A DNA stretch of 20,251 nucleotides from an uncultured cyanobacterium (GCA_963807635.1 CAWEDJ010000043.1:1-20251); one strand, 5' to 3'. Shown: positions 8,332-18,320, counted from the first letter of the stretch. Numbers and translations: made by a program. The notes: a model not told the origin generated them from the letters alone.

Positions 8332-8748
8332 CTACTCCCCCCGTTGAGAACGAATGGCTTTCAGTCGAGTTGCGATCGCGTCTAGTTGTTCAATGCTCGC
8401 CGTATCTAAACTATCAGCAAAGGAGGCGACCACATCGGGATTACTAATAGACAAAAATTGTTGCAACTGCTCATAGGACTTAATTGCCTTAGCCTGAGAC
8501 CTAGAAACGGTGGCTTTCCAGGAAAACGCCTTACCTTCCCTATGGCAGACTAACCAACCCTTTTGGGTCAGACGATTTAACACCGTTGTGACCGAAGAAT
8601 AGGCGAGTTCTCGGTCTGGATTGGCTAAAATTCGTTCATGAATATCTTTTACCGTCGCAATTTCCAGATCCCAAACAATCTGTAAAATCTCGCTCTCTAA
8701 GGGGCGAAGGGACAGTTGATGGGGACGATGGGGAGGGAGCCAAGACAT
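8332..8748 (-). CDS. petR: BlaI/MecI/CopY family repressor, PetR-like
   Basis: LESEILQIVW, ATVKDIH, ELAYSSVTTVLNRLTQKGWL; ATG at 8748 preferred over TTG at 8754. Confidence 0.82.
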   Translation of the reverse strand: MSWLPPHRPHQLSLRPLESEILQIVWDLEIATVKDIHERILANPDRELAYSSVTTVLNRLTQKGWLVCHREGKAFSWKATVSRSQAKAIKSYEQLQQFLSISNPDVVASFADSLDTASIEQLDAIATRLKAIRSQRGE

Positions 8749-8843
8749 AAGCAATAGAGATCGATAATTCCTAATGGGGTTAGTGTATCTTAGTAAATAA
8801 TACGTTTAATGCACTCATAGAGCAAATATTCCCAACGAAGCCT

Positions 8844-9677
8844 ATGACTCTTTCCCTTGATAAAACGAACCTAGCGATCGATTGGGAACTTCTCCCCGCC
8901 GATTACATTTTACCAGATGATCCTGTGGATAATGATACTCAACCCCTATTAGCCGAAGCCCTCAGAGAAGGCATTACGGAAGCTCAACTCCTTAAATCCA
9001 CTGGATTTATTGCTACCAATTTCGGAATTTGCTTGCGAGTGGCGGGCAAATTTGTTATCAAAGCTCCTGATTGGGTTTGGGTGCAAGAAACAAAAGAACA
9101 ACGCTCTGGCCGTCGTAGTTATACACCCCACCGAGAAGGAGATTTACCCCAGATAGTGATGGAATTTCTCTCAGAAACCGATGGTGGAGAATATTCTGTC
9201 TATCCTAATTTTCCCTACGGTAAATGGTACTACTATGAACAACTACTAAAAGTTCCCTATTACTGTATTTTTGAACCAGAAAGAGGACATCTGGAATGTT
9301 ATGTTTGGAAGCAAGGACATTATCAACCGTTGACTCCTAATGAGCAGGGTCTATTTTGGATAGAAACTCTAAATCTATTTTTAGGAGTTTGGCAAGGAGA
9401 AAGAGCCGCTCGCCAGGGCTATTGGTTGCGGTGGTGGAATGCTTCAGCAGAATTATTATTGTGGGGCAACGAAACAGCCCAGCAAGAACGTTTGAAGGCA
9501 GAACAGTCCCAACAAATTGCAGAACAAGCTCAACAAATTGCAGACCAGGCTCTTCAGGAATTAGAACAGGAGCGTCTGAAGGTTGTGCAAGCTCTTCAGG
9601 AAGCAGAACAACAAAAACAACAGGCTCGACGGTTAGCTGAAAAATTGAGAGAGTTAGGAGTTGATCCTAATAGCTGA
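8844..9677 (+). CDS. Uma2 family (DUF820) endonuclease-like protein with coiled-coil tail
   Basis: LPDDPVDN..QP, KAPDW, VMEFLS, WLRWW, C-terminal RLAEKLRELGVDP. Confidence 0.88.
   Translation: MTLSLDKTNLAIDWELLPADYILPDDPVDNDTQPLLAEALREGITEAQLLKSTGFIATNFGICLRVAGKFVIKAPDWVWVQETKEQRSGRRSYTPHREGDLPQIVMEFLSETDGGEYSVYPNFPYGKWYYYEQLLKVPYYCIFEPERGHLECYVWKQGHYQPLTPNEQGLFWIETLNLFLGVWQGERAARQGYWLRWWNASAELLLWGNETAQQERLKAEQSQQIAEQAQQIADQALQELEQERLKVVQALQEAEQQKQQARRLAEKLRELGVDPNS
9498..9551 (+). repeat. Intragenic 21 bp (heptad) tandem repeat in Uma2 tail
   Basis: GCAGAACAGTCCCAACAAATT / GCAGAACAAGCTCAACAAATT / GCAGACCAGGCT. Confidence 0.7.
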
Positions 9678-9772
9678 TTTAAAATTAGCATCTCTTTAAA
9701 TAAAATACAAAATCTCCCTTAAGTAAATTGCTTATTGATCGGTTATACTGGAGGAAATATTGAGGAAAAATT

Positions 9773-10042
9773 ATGGGACAACGATTAAAGCGATGGGAGT
9801 CACCCCGTCGAGAAGGTCGGAATGACAAGGGCAAAGGGGGTTCGGCACGACAACGACAACTGAAAAAACGACAACAGATGTTACGCCAGAAACTCCAAGA
9901 TAATTCCAATAACTCAGATAAGGGAAGAGATTTTATAAAGAAGTCTCTTCTTTTTTTGTGGAACAGCTACTTGCGTGTTAATCCTTATAGAAACAAGACC
10001 TACAGCATTTTCTTATTCAATCTCAACAGGTTAAAGACATAA
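9773..10042 (+). CDS. Small basic protein, candidate ArfA-like alternative ribosome rescue factor
   Basis: ATG with GAGG RBS (9762-9765) and TATACT -10-like hexamer (9744-9749); Arg/Lys-rich N-terminal ~42 aa with KGKGGS; in-frame terminator at 9924-9957. Function is inferred. Confidence 0.6.
   Translation: MGQRLKRWESPRREGRNDKGKGGSARQRQLKKRQQMLRQKLQDNSNNSDKGRDFIKKSLLFLWNSYLRVNPYRNKTYSIFLFNLNRLKT
9920..9957 (+). terminator. Intrinsic terminator inside the 9773 ORF
   Basis: GAAGAGA (9924-9930) pairs with TCTCTTC (9944-9950), extendable to about 14 bp with G-U pairs, followed by T7 (9951-9957). Confidence 0.7.
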
Positions 10043-10058
10043 TATATTATGTCCCTAC
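10036..10058 (-). repeat. Perfect 18 bp palindrome with adjacent GTAG, REP-like element
   Basis: GACATAATATATTATGTC (10036-10053) then CCTAC; the minus strand reads GTAG-GGACATAATATATTATGTC. Confidence 0.6.
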
Positions 10059-10092
10059 AGGATTTTGTCCATCACCTCAACGGCAAGTTTTG

Positions 10093-11667
10093 ATGATTAA
10101 AAGTTTACATTTTCAGAAAATTATTAATATTAAAAATTATCAAGATAAAGAGTGGTTAATTGTCTTAACTTTATCAGCATTTTTTTTATGGTTTATTGAT
10201 TTGGGAAGCGTCGCTCTCAGGGATTGGGATGAAGGTTATTATGCTACCGTTTCTCAGGATATGTTTAATCGAAATACTTGGCTTTATCCCACCTATCAAG
10301 GCCAGCCTTTTTTATTAAAACCCCCTTTATTGTTGTGGCTCATTCATCTGAGTTATTCCCTCGTGGGTATTAGTGAATGGACATCCCGTTTACCGTCTGC
10401 ATTTTTAGCCGCTTGTGGTGTGCCTCTTCTTTATCTAATGGGTCGAGAATTATTTATTAATCGTTCTGCGGCTATTTTTTCGGCAGGTGTTTATTTAACG
10501 TTATTGCCTGTAGTCAGATTAGGACGACTCGCCATGTTAGATGGCATGATTAACACCTTTCTTTTATTAGCGATTTTAAGTTTATTTAAAAGCAAAAAGT
10601 CATCTATTTGGTTAACAGGAATTGGGATTGGATTGGGGCTAATTACCTTAACAAAAGGAATTTTAGTCTTGGCATTGGGCGCGATTATATTTGTTTTTAT
10701 TGTTCTTGATAGGCGTTGGAAAGTTTTACTAAATCCCTACTTATGGATTGGATTAATTCTCGGATTCACACCCGTTTTTCTCTGGTACGGTTTGCAAATT
10801 GAACATTACGGACAAACCTTTATTCAGGTTCATTTTCAATCCCAAAGCTTTGATCGTCTTTCCACTGCGGTAGAAGGGAATACGGGGCCAATTTGGTTTT
10901 ATTTGATCGATTTATTAAAATATTCCTGTCCTTGGTTATTCTTTTTTTTCCCAGGCTTTTATTTAGCCGTTAAACACCATCAACAAAGTTGGGCAAAATT
11001 AGGATTAATCGGTAGCATTTTATATTTTGGGACGGTTTCCTTGATGACAACTAAACTGCCCTGGTATCTCATGCCTTTCTATATTTTCTTTGCTTTGATT
11101 ACAGGAGCCTATTTAGATCATCTCTATTATTGCCCTAAAAAATATCCTCGTTTAATCTTTTATTTACTCTGTCTTTGTGGAATTGTCACCTTGGGAGGAG
11201 CCATTTATTTTACTTTTTTTGAACCAAAATTCTCGTTAGTTTTAATTACGCTAACAATCTCTATCACTTTTATTTTGACTGCAATTCAATTTTGGAAAAA
11301 CCAGTCTAATTTTATTCCAACTTTAATGATTGGTATTTATTTTACGTTAACTTTTTTGGTAATTTCTCCCCTCTGGCTTTGGGAATTAAATGAAGCTTTT
11401 CCCGTCAAACCTGTCGCCCAACTAATTAAACAATCGACTCCCTTAGATACCATTATTTATACCTCCTTTGCCTATAGCCGTACGAGTTTAGACTTTTATA
11501 GCGATCGCCACATTCTAGCAGTCGATCGCAGTAAGCTAGAAGAATTAAAGCAAAAACCCAATTATTTTTTGTTGGAAGAGGAGACTTTAGACAAATTAGA
11601 CTTAAAGGATTACCAACATCTAGGAAAAGCAGAAGGTTTTGTGTTAATCTGGTCAAATCCTCATTAA
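10093..11667 (+). CDS. ArnT/PMT-like (GT83/GT39) polytopic membrane glycosyltransferase
   Basis: LRDWDEGYYA, KPPL, SEWTSRLPSA, AMLD, LTKG, TKLPWY; many TM helices. Confidence 0.88.
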   Translation: MIKSLHFQKIINIKNYQDKEWLIVLTLSAFFLWFIDLGSVALRDWDEGYYATVSQDMFNRNTWLYPTYQGQPFLLKPPLLLWLIHLSYSLVGISEWTSRLPSAFLAACGVPLLYLMGRELFINRSAAIFSAGVYLTLLPVVRLGRLAMLDGMINTFLLLAILSLFKSKKSSIWLTGIGIGLGLITLTKGILVLALGAIIFVFIVLDRRWKVLLNPYLWIGLILGFTPVFLWYGLQIEHYGQTFIQVHFQSQSFDRLSTAVEGNTGPIWFYLIDLLKYSCPWLFFFFPGFYLAVKHHQQSWAKLGLIGSILYFGTVSLMTTKLPWYLMPFYIFFALITGAYLDHLYYCPKKYPRLIFYLLCLCGIVTLGGAIYFTFFEPKFSLVLITLTISITFILTAIQFWKNQSNFIPTLMIGIYFTLTFLVISPLWLWELNEAFPVKPVAQLIKQSTPLDTIIYTSFAYSRTSLDFYSDRHILAVDRSKLEELKQKPNYFLLEEETLDKLDLKDYQHLGKAEGFVLIWSNPH

Positions 11668-11694
11668 ATATTATCTTAAAATTATTGATTGACT

Positions 11695-13278
11695 ATGACA
11701 ACGAAACGATTAATTTTAGCCGTTTTAACAGTGATTTCTTTGATTCCTTTTTTGCTATCTCTCTTCGGTAGTCTCAATGAAGCCCAAATCCAATCTAATT
11801 TAGAACTTTCTCAGACAAATTTACTGTTGGATGCGACTGAAATTCAAAATGATTTAGGTGAGCTTAGTCAAGAACTTTCGGCGGAACAGATTAAATCTTT
11901 AGAAAAACTGTTACTGGGAAATGAACCCTATAGTATTGCGGAAGATCAATACGAAGAAGCACGGAATTCAATCAAAAAAAATGTCGATCAACTCAATAAT
12001 CAATTAACTAAAGTAGCGAGTCTAACTAATTCAACAGAAGATAATTTTAGTGATTTTAAATTAATTCAAAAAAATACTTCTCAAGAAAAACTCATTGAAA
12101 AAAGTATTGGTAAAGTTAGAACTAATCTTTATGAGACAGATTTAAAAATTGGCTTAATAAAAGCGAGACAGGATAAGCTTTCAGAGGCACAACAAACCTG
12201 GGAAAAATTAATTAATGTAGAATCTGTCGATAATCCATCAGATAAAATCCAGAAAACCGCCAAGATCTTAAAAAATTTGTGGAGTAATCCCGCGATCGCT
12301 GATAAAAATGCAGAATTAATTTTGACCGAAAATCTTCAGGGTTGGTTTCGCTATCAAGCCTTAGAGCGTTTCTATGAAATTACGAATCAAGCAGAGGCAA
12401 AAACCCAATTAGAACAACAGCAAACTGTTATTGCAACCCAAGCCATTTTAAAACTATTGGCGATTAGTACCCTACCCCTATTGGGCGGAATGTTAGGAGT
12501 TGGTCTTTTAGTGTTTTTATTACTACAATTGTTGATCAAAAAAGAAGAAGCAATTCTAGCAAATTTTTATCAAAAGACTTGGGAAACACCCTGGGATTGG
12601 GAAATAATTTGGCAAGTTTTGATTGTTGGTTTCTTTTTTCTGGGACAAATCGCTCTGCCCCTTTTGTTGGGATTTATTCATTTTGACGCATCAGCACTGA
12701 ATTTACGGGGAAAAGCCTATTATGTCTTAGCCAGCTATGGCGCAATGACGGCGGGTGGTCTTTTGGTGCTGTATCTTTCCCTCAAATCTTTTTTTCCCTT
12801 GCCCCAGGATTGGTTTCGGTTTAGTTTAGGCGATCGCTGGTTTTTGTGGGGGAGTGGGGGTTATCTCGTTGCGTTACCCTTGGTGGTGATTGTTTCTTTG
12901 ATTAATCAAACCGTTTGGCAGGGACAAGGAGGCAGTAATCCCCTCTTATTTTTAGCCCTAGAAGCCCAAGATAAAGTCGTTTTAGCCATCTTCTTTTTTA
13001 CGGCATCGATCGCGGCTCCCTTTTTTGAAGAAATGATGTTTCGCGGATTTTTATTACCGTCCTTGACGCGCTACGTTCCCGTGTGGGCGGCCATTGGTTT
13101 AAGTAGTTTGCTATTTGCCCTTGCTCACTTGAATTTATCGGAAGTTTTACCCCTAGCAATGTTAGGAATTATTCTCGGTGTGGTTTATACGCGATCGCGT
13201 AATTTATTGGCTTCGATTTTATTACATAGTTTATGGAATAGTGGCACATTAATCAGTCTATTTATCTTAGGAAGTTGA
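11695..13278 (+). CDS. CPBP (CAAX/Abi) family intramembrane metalloprotease with large N-terminal soluble domain
   Basis: C-terminal APFFEEMMFRG, FALAH and HSLWN motifs; ATG at 11695. Confidence 0.88.
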   Translation: MTTKRLILAVLTVISLIPFLLSLFGSLNEAQIQSNLELSQTNLLLDATEIQNDLGELSQELSAEQIKSLEKLLLGNEPYSIAEDQYEEARNSIKKNVDQLNNQLTKVASLTNSTEDNFSDFKLIQKNTSQEKLIEKSIGKVRTNLYETDLKIGLIKARQDKLSEAQQTWEKLINVESVDNPSDKIQKTAKILKNLWSNPAIADKNAELILTENLQGWFRYQALERFYEITNQAEAKTQLEQQQTVIATQAILKLLAISTLPLLGGMLGVGLLVFLLLQLLIKKEEAILANFYQKTWETPWDWEIIWQVLIVGFFFLGQIALPLLLGFIHFDASALNLRGKAYYVLASYGAMTAGGLLVLYLSLKSFFPLPQDWFRFSLGDRWFLWGSGGYLVALPLVVIVSLINQTVWQGQGGSNPLLFLALEAQDKVVLAIFFFTASIAAPFFEEMMFRGFLLPSLTRYVPVWAAIGLSSLLFALAHLNLSEVLPLAMLGIILGVVYTRSRNLLASILLHSLWNSGTLISLFILGS

Positions 13279-13350
13279 CCGTAATAATGAATAGAATAAG
13301 TACTTTTAAATCTTTAAATTAAGGTAATTAGCGTACTAGAAGAAAAAACG

Positions 13351-14506
13351 ATGACAAATTCTCAAGACGATCCCTACGATTGGATAGATCAATCTCTCTC
13401 AACGATTCATCAGGCTAACTGGTATCGATCGCCGAAATCCCTTACCAGTCCACCAGGCCCCGTGATTGAAATTGACGGTCAATCTCTCATTAATTTTGCC
13501 AGTAATGATTATCTGGGTTTAGCGACTGATCCCCGTCTCAAACAAGCCGCGATCGCCGCCGTCGAGGAATGGGGAACGGGTAGCACAGGCTCACGGCTCC
13601 TCAGTGGCCATCGACCGATTCATCAAGCCCTAGAAAACGCGATCGCCGAATTCAAACAAACCGAAGCGGCCCTCGTTTTTAGTTCGGGTTATTTAGCCAA
13701 CCTGGGAACGATTACGGCATTAGTCTGGCCAACGGGATTTAATCTTAAGCGATCAATATAACCATTCCAGCCTTAAAAACGGAGCCAAGCTGAGTAGTGC
13801 AGTAATTATCGAATATGAACATCAAAATATATTAGATTTAGCTGAAAAATTGGCAAAAAACCGTCATCAATACCGACGTTGCCTCATCTTAAGTGACAGT
13901 ATTTTTAGCATGGATGGCGATGCCTGCCCCTTACCCGACTTGATTAATTTGGCCCAAACCCATCATTCTATGCTCCTCACTGATGAAGCCCATGCAACGG
14001 GAGTGATGGGAAAAACAGGCGCGGGAATTGTCGAGCATTTTGACTGTCAAAGGGAAGGCATTGTCCAAATCGGAACCTTGAGTAAAGCCCTGGGAAGCTT
14101 GGGGGGATACGTCGCAGGGAGTGCCAAATTAATTGACTATTTACGCAATCGTGCCGCCACTTGGATTTATACAACAGGTCTTTCTCCCGCCGATACCGCC
14201 GCCGCCCTAGAAGCCATACAAGTTATTCACCAAGAACCCCAACGTCGCCAAAAATTATGGGAAAATGTCGCTTTTTTTAAACAACACTTGGGACAATTAG
14301 ATTTTTTTCCGACCGATTCCCCGATTCTATGTTTAAAATCAGGTAAAACAGAAGATGCTCTAAAACTTTCTGAAAAACTTCGTCAAGCAGGAATTTTTGT
14401 TCCCGCCATACGCCCCCCAACAGTTCCCAGTAGCCGATTGCGCTTCTCCCTCATGGCAACCCATGACTTAGATCACATCCAAAAGCTCGTAACTGCCTTG
14501 CAATAG
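13351..14506 (+). pseudogene. bioF: 8-amino-7-oxononanoate synthase with one extra base at about 13726 (real frameshift or sequence error)
   Basis: First part [28 protein letters not shown]; removing one base gives [19 protein letters not shown] continuing into [28 protein letters not shown]. Confidence 0.88.
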
Positions 14507-14765
14507 AAGATAGAGGGGTTTGAGTTAAAATGAGATTTCTTGCAAAAACTTATCCTAACTAGACAAGACATCACGAAGAGAAAAAACGTCATAGACTATT
14601 CCGACTAACGGTTTGGCATAACGTCTCCCGAAAATTCGGTCAATGTCTTAGGGCTTGGGTGTAAAAAAACTTAACACTAATCTATTTCATATCAACCATC
14701 AAACAGGCAAAATAGGATCATCTTTCGTTTCTTCAGTCACCAATCTTTCATTTAATCCTTGCTCA

Positions 14766-17551
14766 ATGCGCTGTCTCAATTGCCATCAGGAAGAAATCCC
14801 CTCCACTGCGGAATATTGTCCCCAGTGCAAGATTCACTTTCCCTCTTTATTACGAGATGTTTTAGCGCAAGAAACCTTACTCCGCAACCAAACCTACCGC
14901 CTGGATTATGCCCTGGGAAGGGGAAGCTTTGGCATTACCTATCAAGCTCACCACACCGCTTTAAATGAAGTTTTTGCGATCAAGGAATTCTATCCGATTG
15001 AATTTGCGATGCGCAATCAAGTCAATCAGTCGGTAATTATCCCTGATAATTCTGAAAATGCCTATCGTCGCGGATTACAACGGTTCATGGGAGAGGGGCG
15101 CATTCTGGCGAAATTAAATCACCCCTATGTAGTGCGTGTCCACGATATGTTTGAGGACAATGATACAGCCTATATGGTGATGGATTTGGTCAAGGGCAGA
15201 ACCCTACGCTACATTCTCAAAAAACAGCAGGGCCATCGGTTTTCTTTACCAAAAGTAGAAAGCATCTTGGGACAAATTGTTGAGGCTCTAACGGCAATCC
15301 ATCAATCAGGAATTTATCACCTAGACCTCAAACCTGAAAATGTCATTTTGACTCCAGAGAATAAAATTTGCTTGATTGATTTTGGGGCGGCTAGACAGGT
15401 GATCGATTCTCGGCGCATGGAAACCCGCTTGTTTACGGAAAATTATGCGGCTCCTGAAATTATAACGGGGGGGGAATTGGGCCTGAAAGTGATTTATTTG
15501 AGTTGGGGATGATGCTCCATCAATTACTGACAGGGAAACTTCCTCCCCCTGCGATGAAGCGTTTAAATGAGCAGAACGATTGGCATCCAGAGGGATTAAT
15601 TGCACCTTGGGATAGGCTAGTTATATCTGCTTTACAGTTGAATCGCAGCGATCGCCCTGCTAGTGTTCGAGAGTGGTGGGAAGCGGGTTTCCAGTCATTA
15701 CAGGAAAGAAACGGTAACGGGCATTATACTGTCGCTCCAACCATAGAGACGCTACGGGGTCAATTTCCCCTATCGGATCTTCTTCAGGAGGGAATGCAGA
15801 AGCGTTTTGGGCGGGGTGTCATCCGAAAAGTATTGACCCTTTCTCAAGATTTGGTGGTGGTCATTGCCGCAGGAGGAGCGACACTTTTTCAGTTATCAAC
15901 GGCGAAGGCTCTTTGGGAAGTGGATTGTCCCGTCGATTGTGGAAGCCTGAGTCCCGATCATAAATTGTTGATTTTAGTGTTTCAGCAATGGGTTTATATT
16001 TGGGAAATGTCAACAGGCAGACTCGTTCAACAATTTCAAGGCCATGAACAACCGATTTGTCAGGTGGTCTGTAGTCATCAGGATCAATTATTTTTCTGTG
16101 GACACAAGAGCGAAACTGTTACTGCCTGGGATGCCCGTTCAGGAGAAGCCTTTAAGCAATTTTTTAAACCGATGGGTGCGATCGCGCAACTTGCCGTCAG
16201 TGGAAGCGGAAAATATTTAGCAACGGGTAGCCTGGACGGAAATGTTTATCTTTGGGATGTAGAAAAAGGTCGAGAAATCTGCTCACTCCAAGGACACGAA
16301 CAAAGCATTGAAAGTTTAGCTTTTAGTCCCAATGAACAACTCCTCGCCTCTGGGAGTCGCGACAATACCATTCAACTCTGGTCACTTCCCACCACAAAAC
16401 CTCTAAAAAGATTAAAGGGACACCTGGACTGGGTGAAAAACCTCGTGTTTAGTCAGGATAACCGTTTACTCGCCTCTAGCTCTGGCATTCAGGACAAAAC
16501 CATTCGCCTTTGGCACTTGAGCGAAGGTCAGGAAATTCAACGCTTTCAGGGACACGAAAATACCATTATTTCCCTCGACTTTTGTCCGCAAAATCGCTAT
16601 CTTGTCTCTGGTAGTTATGATCAAACCATTAAAGTGTGGGATGTCGTCCAGGGCAAGGAATATCGTTCCCTAAAACAACATCATAATTGGGTCTATGGCG
16701 TTGCCTGTAGTCCCAATGGCAAAAGAATTGCGACGGCAAATAATGATCGGATGATCCACCTCTGGAAAGTCACAGACGGCTCGGAAGCAGGGTTATTAGA
16801 AGGCCATCGAGATGCAGTAACGAGTGTGACCTTTAGCCCAGATAATCAATATCTTTTGTCGGGGGGTTGGGATCATACCGTCAGATTATGGGATATTTCC
16901 CTCGGTATGGTAGTCAGAACCTTTTCGGAACATACCGATTGGATCAGTGCGGTTGCCATTAGTTCTAATTGTAAATATTTAGCTTCGGCGAGTCTGGATA
17001 AGACGGTCAGAATTTGGGATGTGTCATCGGGATGGTTAGCGTTACTTGGCAATAAATCCCTACGCATTTTGAAGGGACATTTAGACCAAGTTACCAGTCT
17101 CGCCTTTAGTCCTGATAGTCGATTACTGGTGTCGGGCAGTAAGGATCAAACCCTGCGTCTATGGGAAGTGGATTCGGGGCAGGAAATTCATAATTTTAGT
17201 GGTCATCACCACAATGTTAAATGTGTCGCCTTTAGTCCCGATGGCGAATTTCTAGCCTCTGGTAGTTGGGATGAAAGTGTTAGAATTTGGCATATTGCCT
17301 CTCAAAAACAGATTAAACCCTCCTTTATCCATTCCAGCTACGTTAATACCCTGGCTTATACTCCCGATGGTCAATTTTTAGCCGCAGGGGGACGAGATGG
17401 ACTAATTTTTATTTGGGATGTTCTATTGGGTAAGCAAATCCACAAATTACACGGTCACACGAATCGGATTAATTCCTTGGCCTTTCACCCCCAGAGTGGA
17501 GAACTAATTTCGGCGGATCAAGATGGTGTGGTGAGGCTGTGGAGGATATAA
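14766..17551 (+). pseudogene. Zn-ribbon / Ser-Thr kinase / WD40-repeat protein, missing one base at about 15467-15481
   Basis: ORF pieces 14766-15512 and 15503-17551. CxxC..CxxC, GRGSFG, AIKE, HLDLKPEN, DFG, YAAPE in the first frame; GPESDLFELGMMLHQLLTG..P and DRP (subdomains IX-XI) plus about a dozen GH..WD repeats in the second frame. Confidence 0.85.
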
Positions 17552-17600
17552 AGCCTTGTAGAATAGGAAGTCCAAGATCTAGTCTTTCCCTAAATTATTT

Positions 17601-18320
17601 ATGTCTGAAAATTTTGCTTGGTTAACCCCTAGTCATGGCGTGATGCTTGCACTCCTCTTATTTTTTGCGATCGCCCACAGTGGATTGGCGGCGTTACGGA
17701 GTTGGGGAGAAACCAAAATCGGGGCCAGGGCCTATCGAGTGTTGTTTGCTCTAGTCAGTATTCCCTTGGCAGTTATTTTAATTACTTACTTTTTTAATCA
17801 TCGTTACGATGGGTTGCAATTGTGGCAGGTACAGGGTGTGAAAGGAGTTAAACCGTTAGTTTGGAGTTTATCGGCCCTTTCTTTTTTCTTGCTCTATCCT
17901 GCAACTTTTAATCTGCTCGAAATTGCCGCGATCGCCAAACCCGAAATTCATCTTTACGAAACGGGAATCATTCGTATTTGTCGCCATCCCCAAATGGTTG
18001 GTCAGGTGATTTGGTGCATTGCCCACACCCTTTGGCTGGGAACGACCTTTACGCTCCTAACTTCCCTGGGATTAATTGCCCATCACGTTTTCGCTGTCTG
18101 GCATGGCGATCGCCGTTGGTTCCAAAAATATGGTGATGCCTTCCTCAAAGTCAAAGAAAGAACCTCGATTATTCCTTTCAAAGCAGTTCTGGATGGTCGC
18201 CAAACCCTTAGTTGGCAAGAGTTTCTGCGTCCTTCCTATCTGGGGGTAACAGGATTTATTTTCTTACTCTGGTGGGGACATCCCTGGCTCATGCAGGTGA
18301 CCGCTAAAGCTCCTTGGTAG
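17601..18320 (+). CDS. NnrU family protein, probable 15-cis-zeta-carotene isomerase (Z-ISO)
   Basis: FAIAHSGLAALR, YRVLFALVS, HRYDG, YPATFNLLE, TGIIRICRHPQMVGQ, HGDRR, TSIIPF. Confidence 0.88.
   Translation: MSENFAWLTPSHGVMLALLLFFAIAHSGLAALRSWGETKIGARAYRVLFALVSIPLAVILITYFFNHRYDGLQLWQVQGVKGVKPLVWSLSALSFFLLYPATFNLLEIAAIAKPEIHLYETGIIRICRHPQMVGQVIWCIAHTLWLGTTFTLLTSLGLIAHHVFAVWHGDRRWFQKYGDAFLKVKERTSIIPFKAVLDGRQTLSWQEFLRPSYLGVTGFIFLLWWGHPWLMQVTAKAPW

Noticed and set aside
9685..9909. 74 aa Cys-rich minus-strand ORF
   Set aside because: Antisense shadow of the 9773 ORF, which has the RBS and promoter-like signals.
14565..14680. Possible structured RNA or NtcA site upstream of the kinase (AAGACAT/ATGTCTT, CCGAA/TTCGG, GTA-N8-TAA)
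   Set aside because: Stems are short and within chance expectation; no riboswitch consensus recognised; NtcA match imperfect.
14655..14765. N-terminal extension of the kinase from TTG 14655
   Set aside because: Looks like intergenic sequence; ATG 14766 directly precedes the zinc ribbon.
276..17067. Other short alternative-frame or antisense ORFs (276, 1783, 2091, 2139, 2675, 2995, 3082, 5042, 7612, 8048, 8949, 9356, 11453, 13977, 14759, 15321, 16873)
   Set aside because: All overlap longer genes with clear family motifs and show no independent coding signal.
1051..18320. Carotenoid gene cluster (dioxygenase plus Z-ISO)
   Set aside because: About 15 kb apart with unrelated genes between; probably coincidental.
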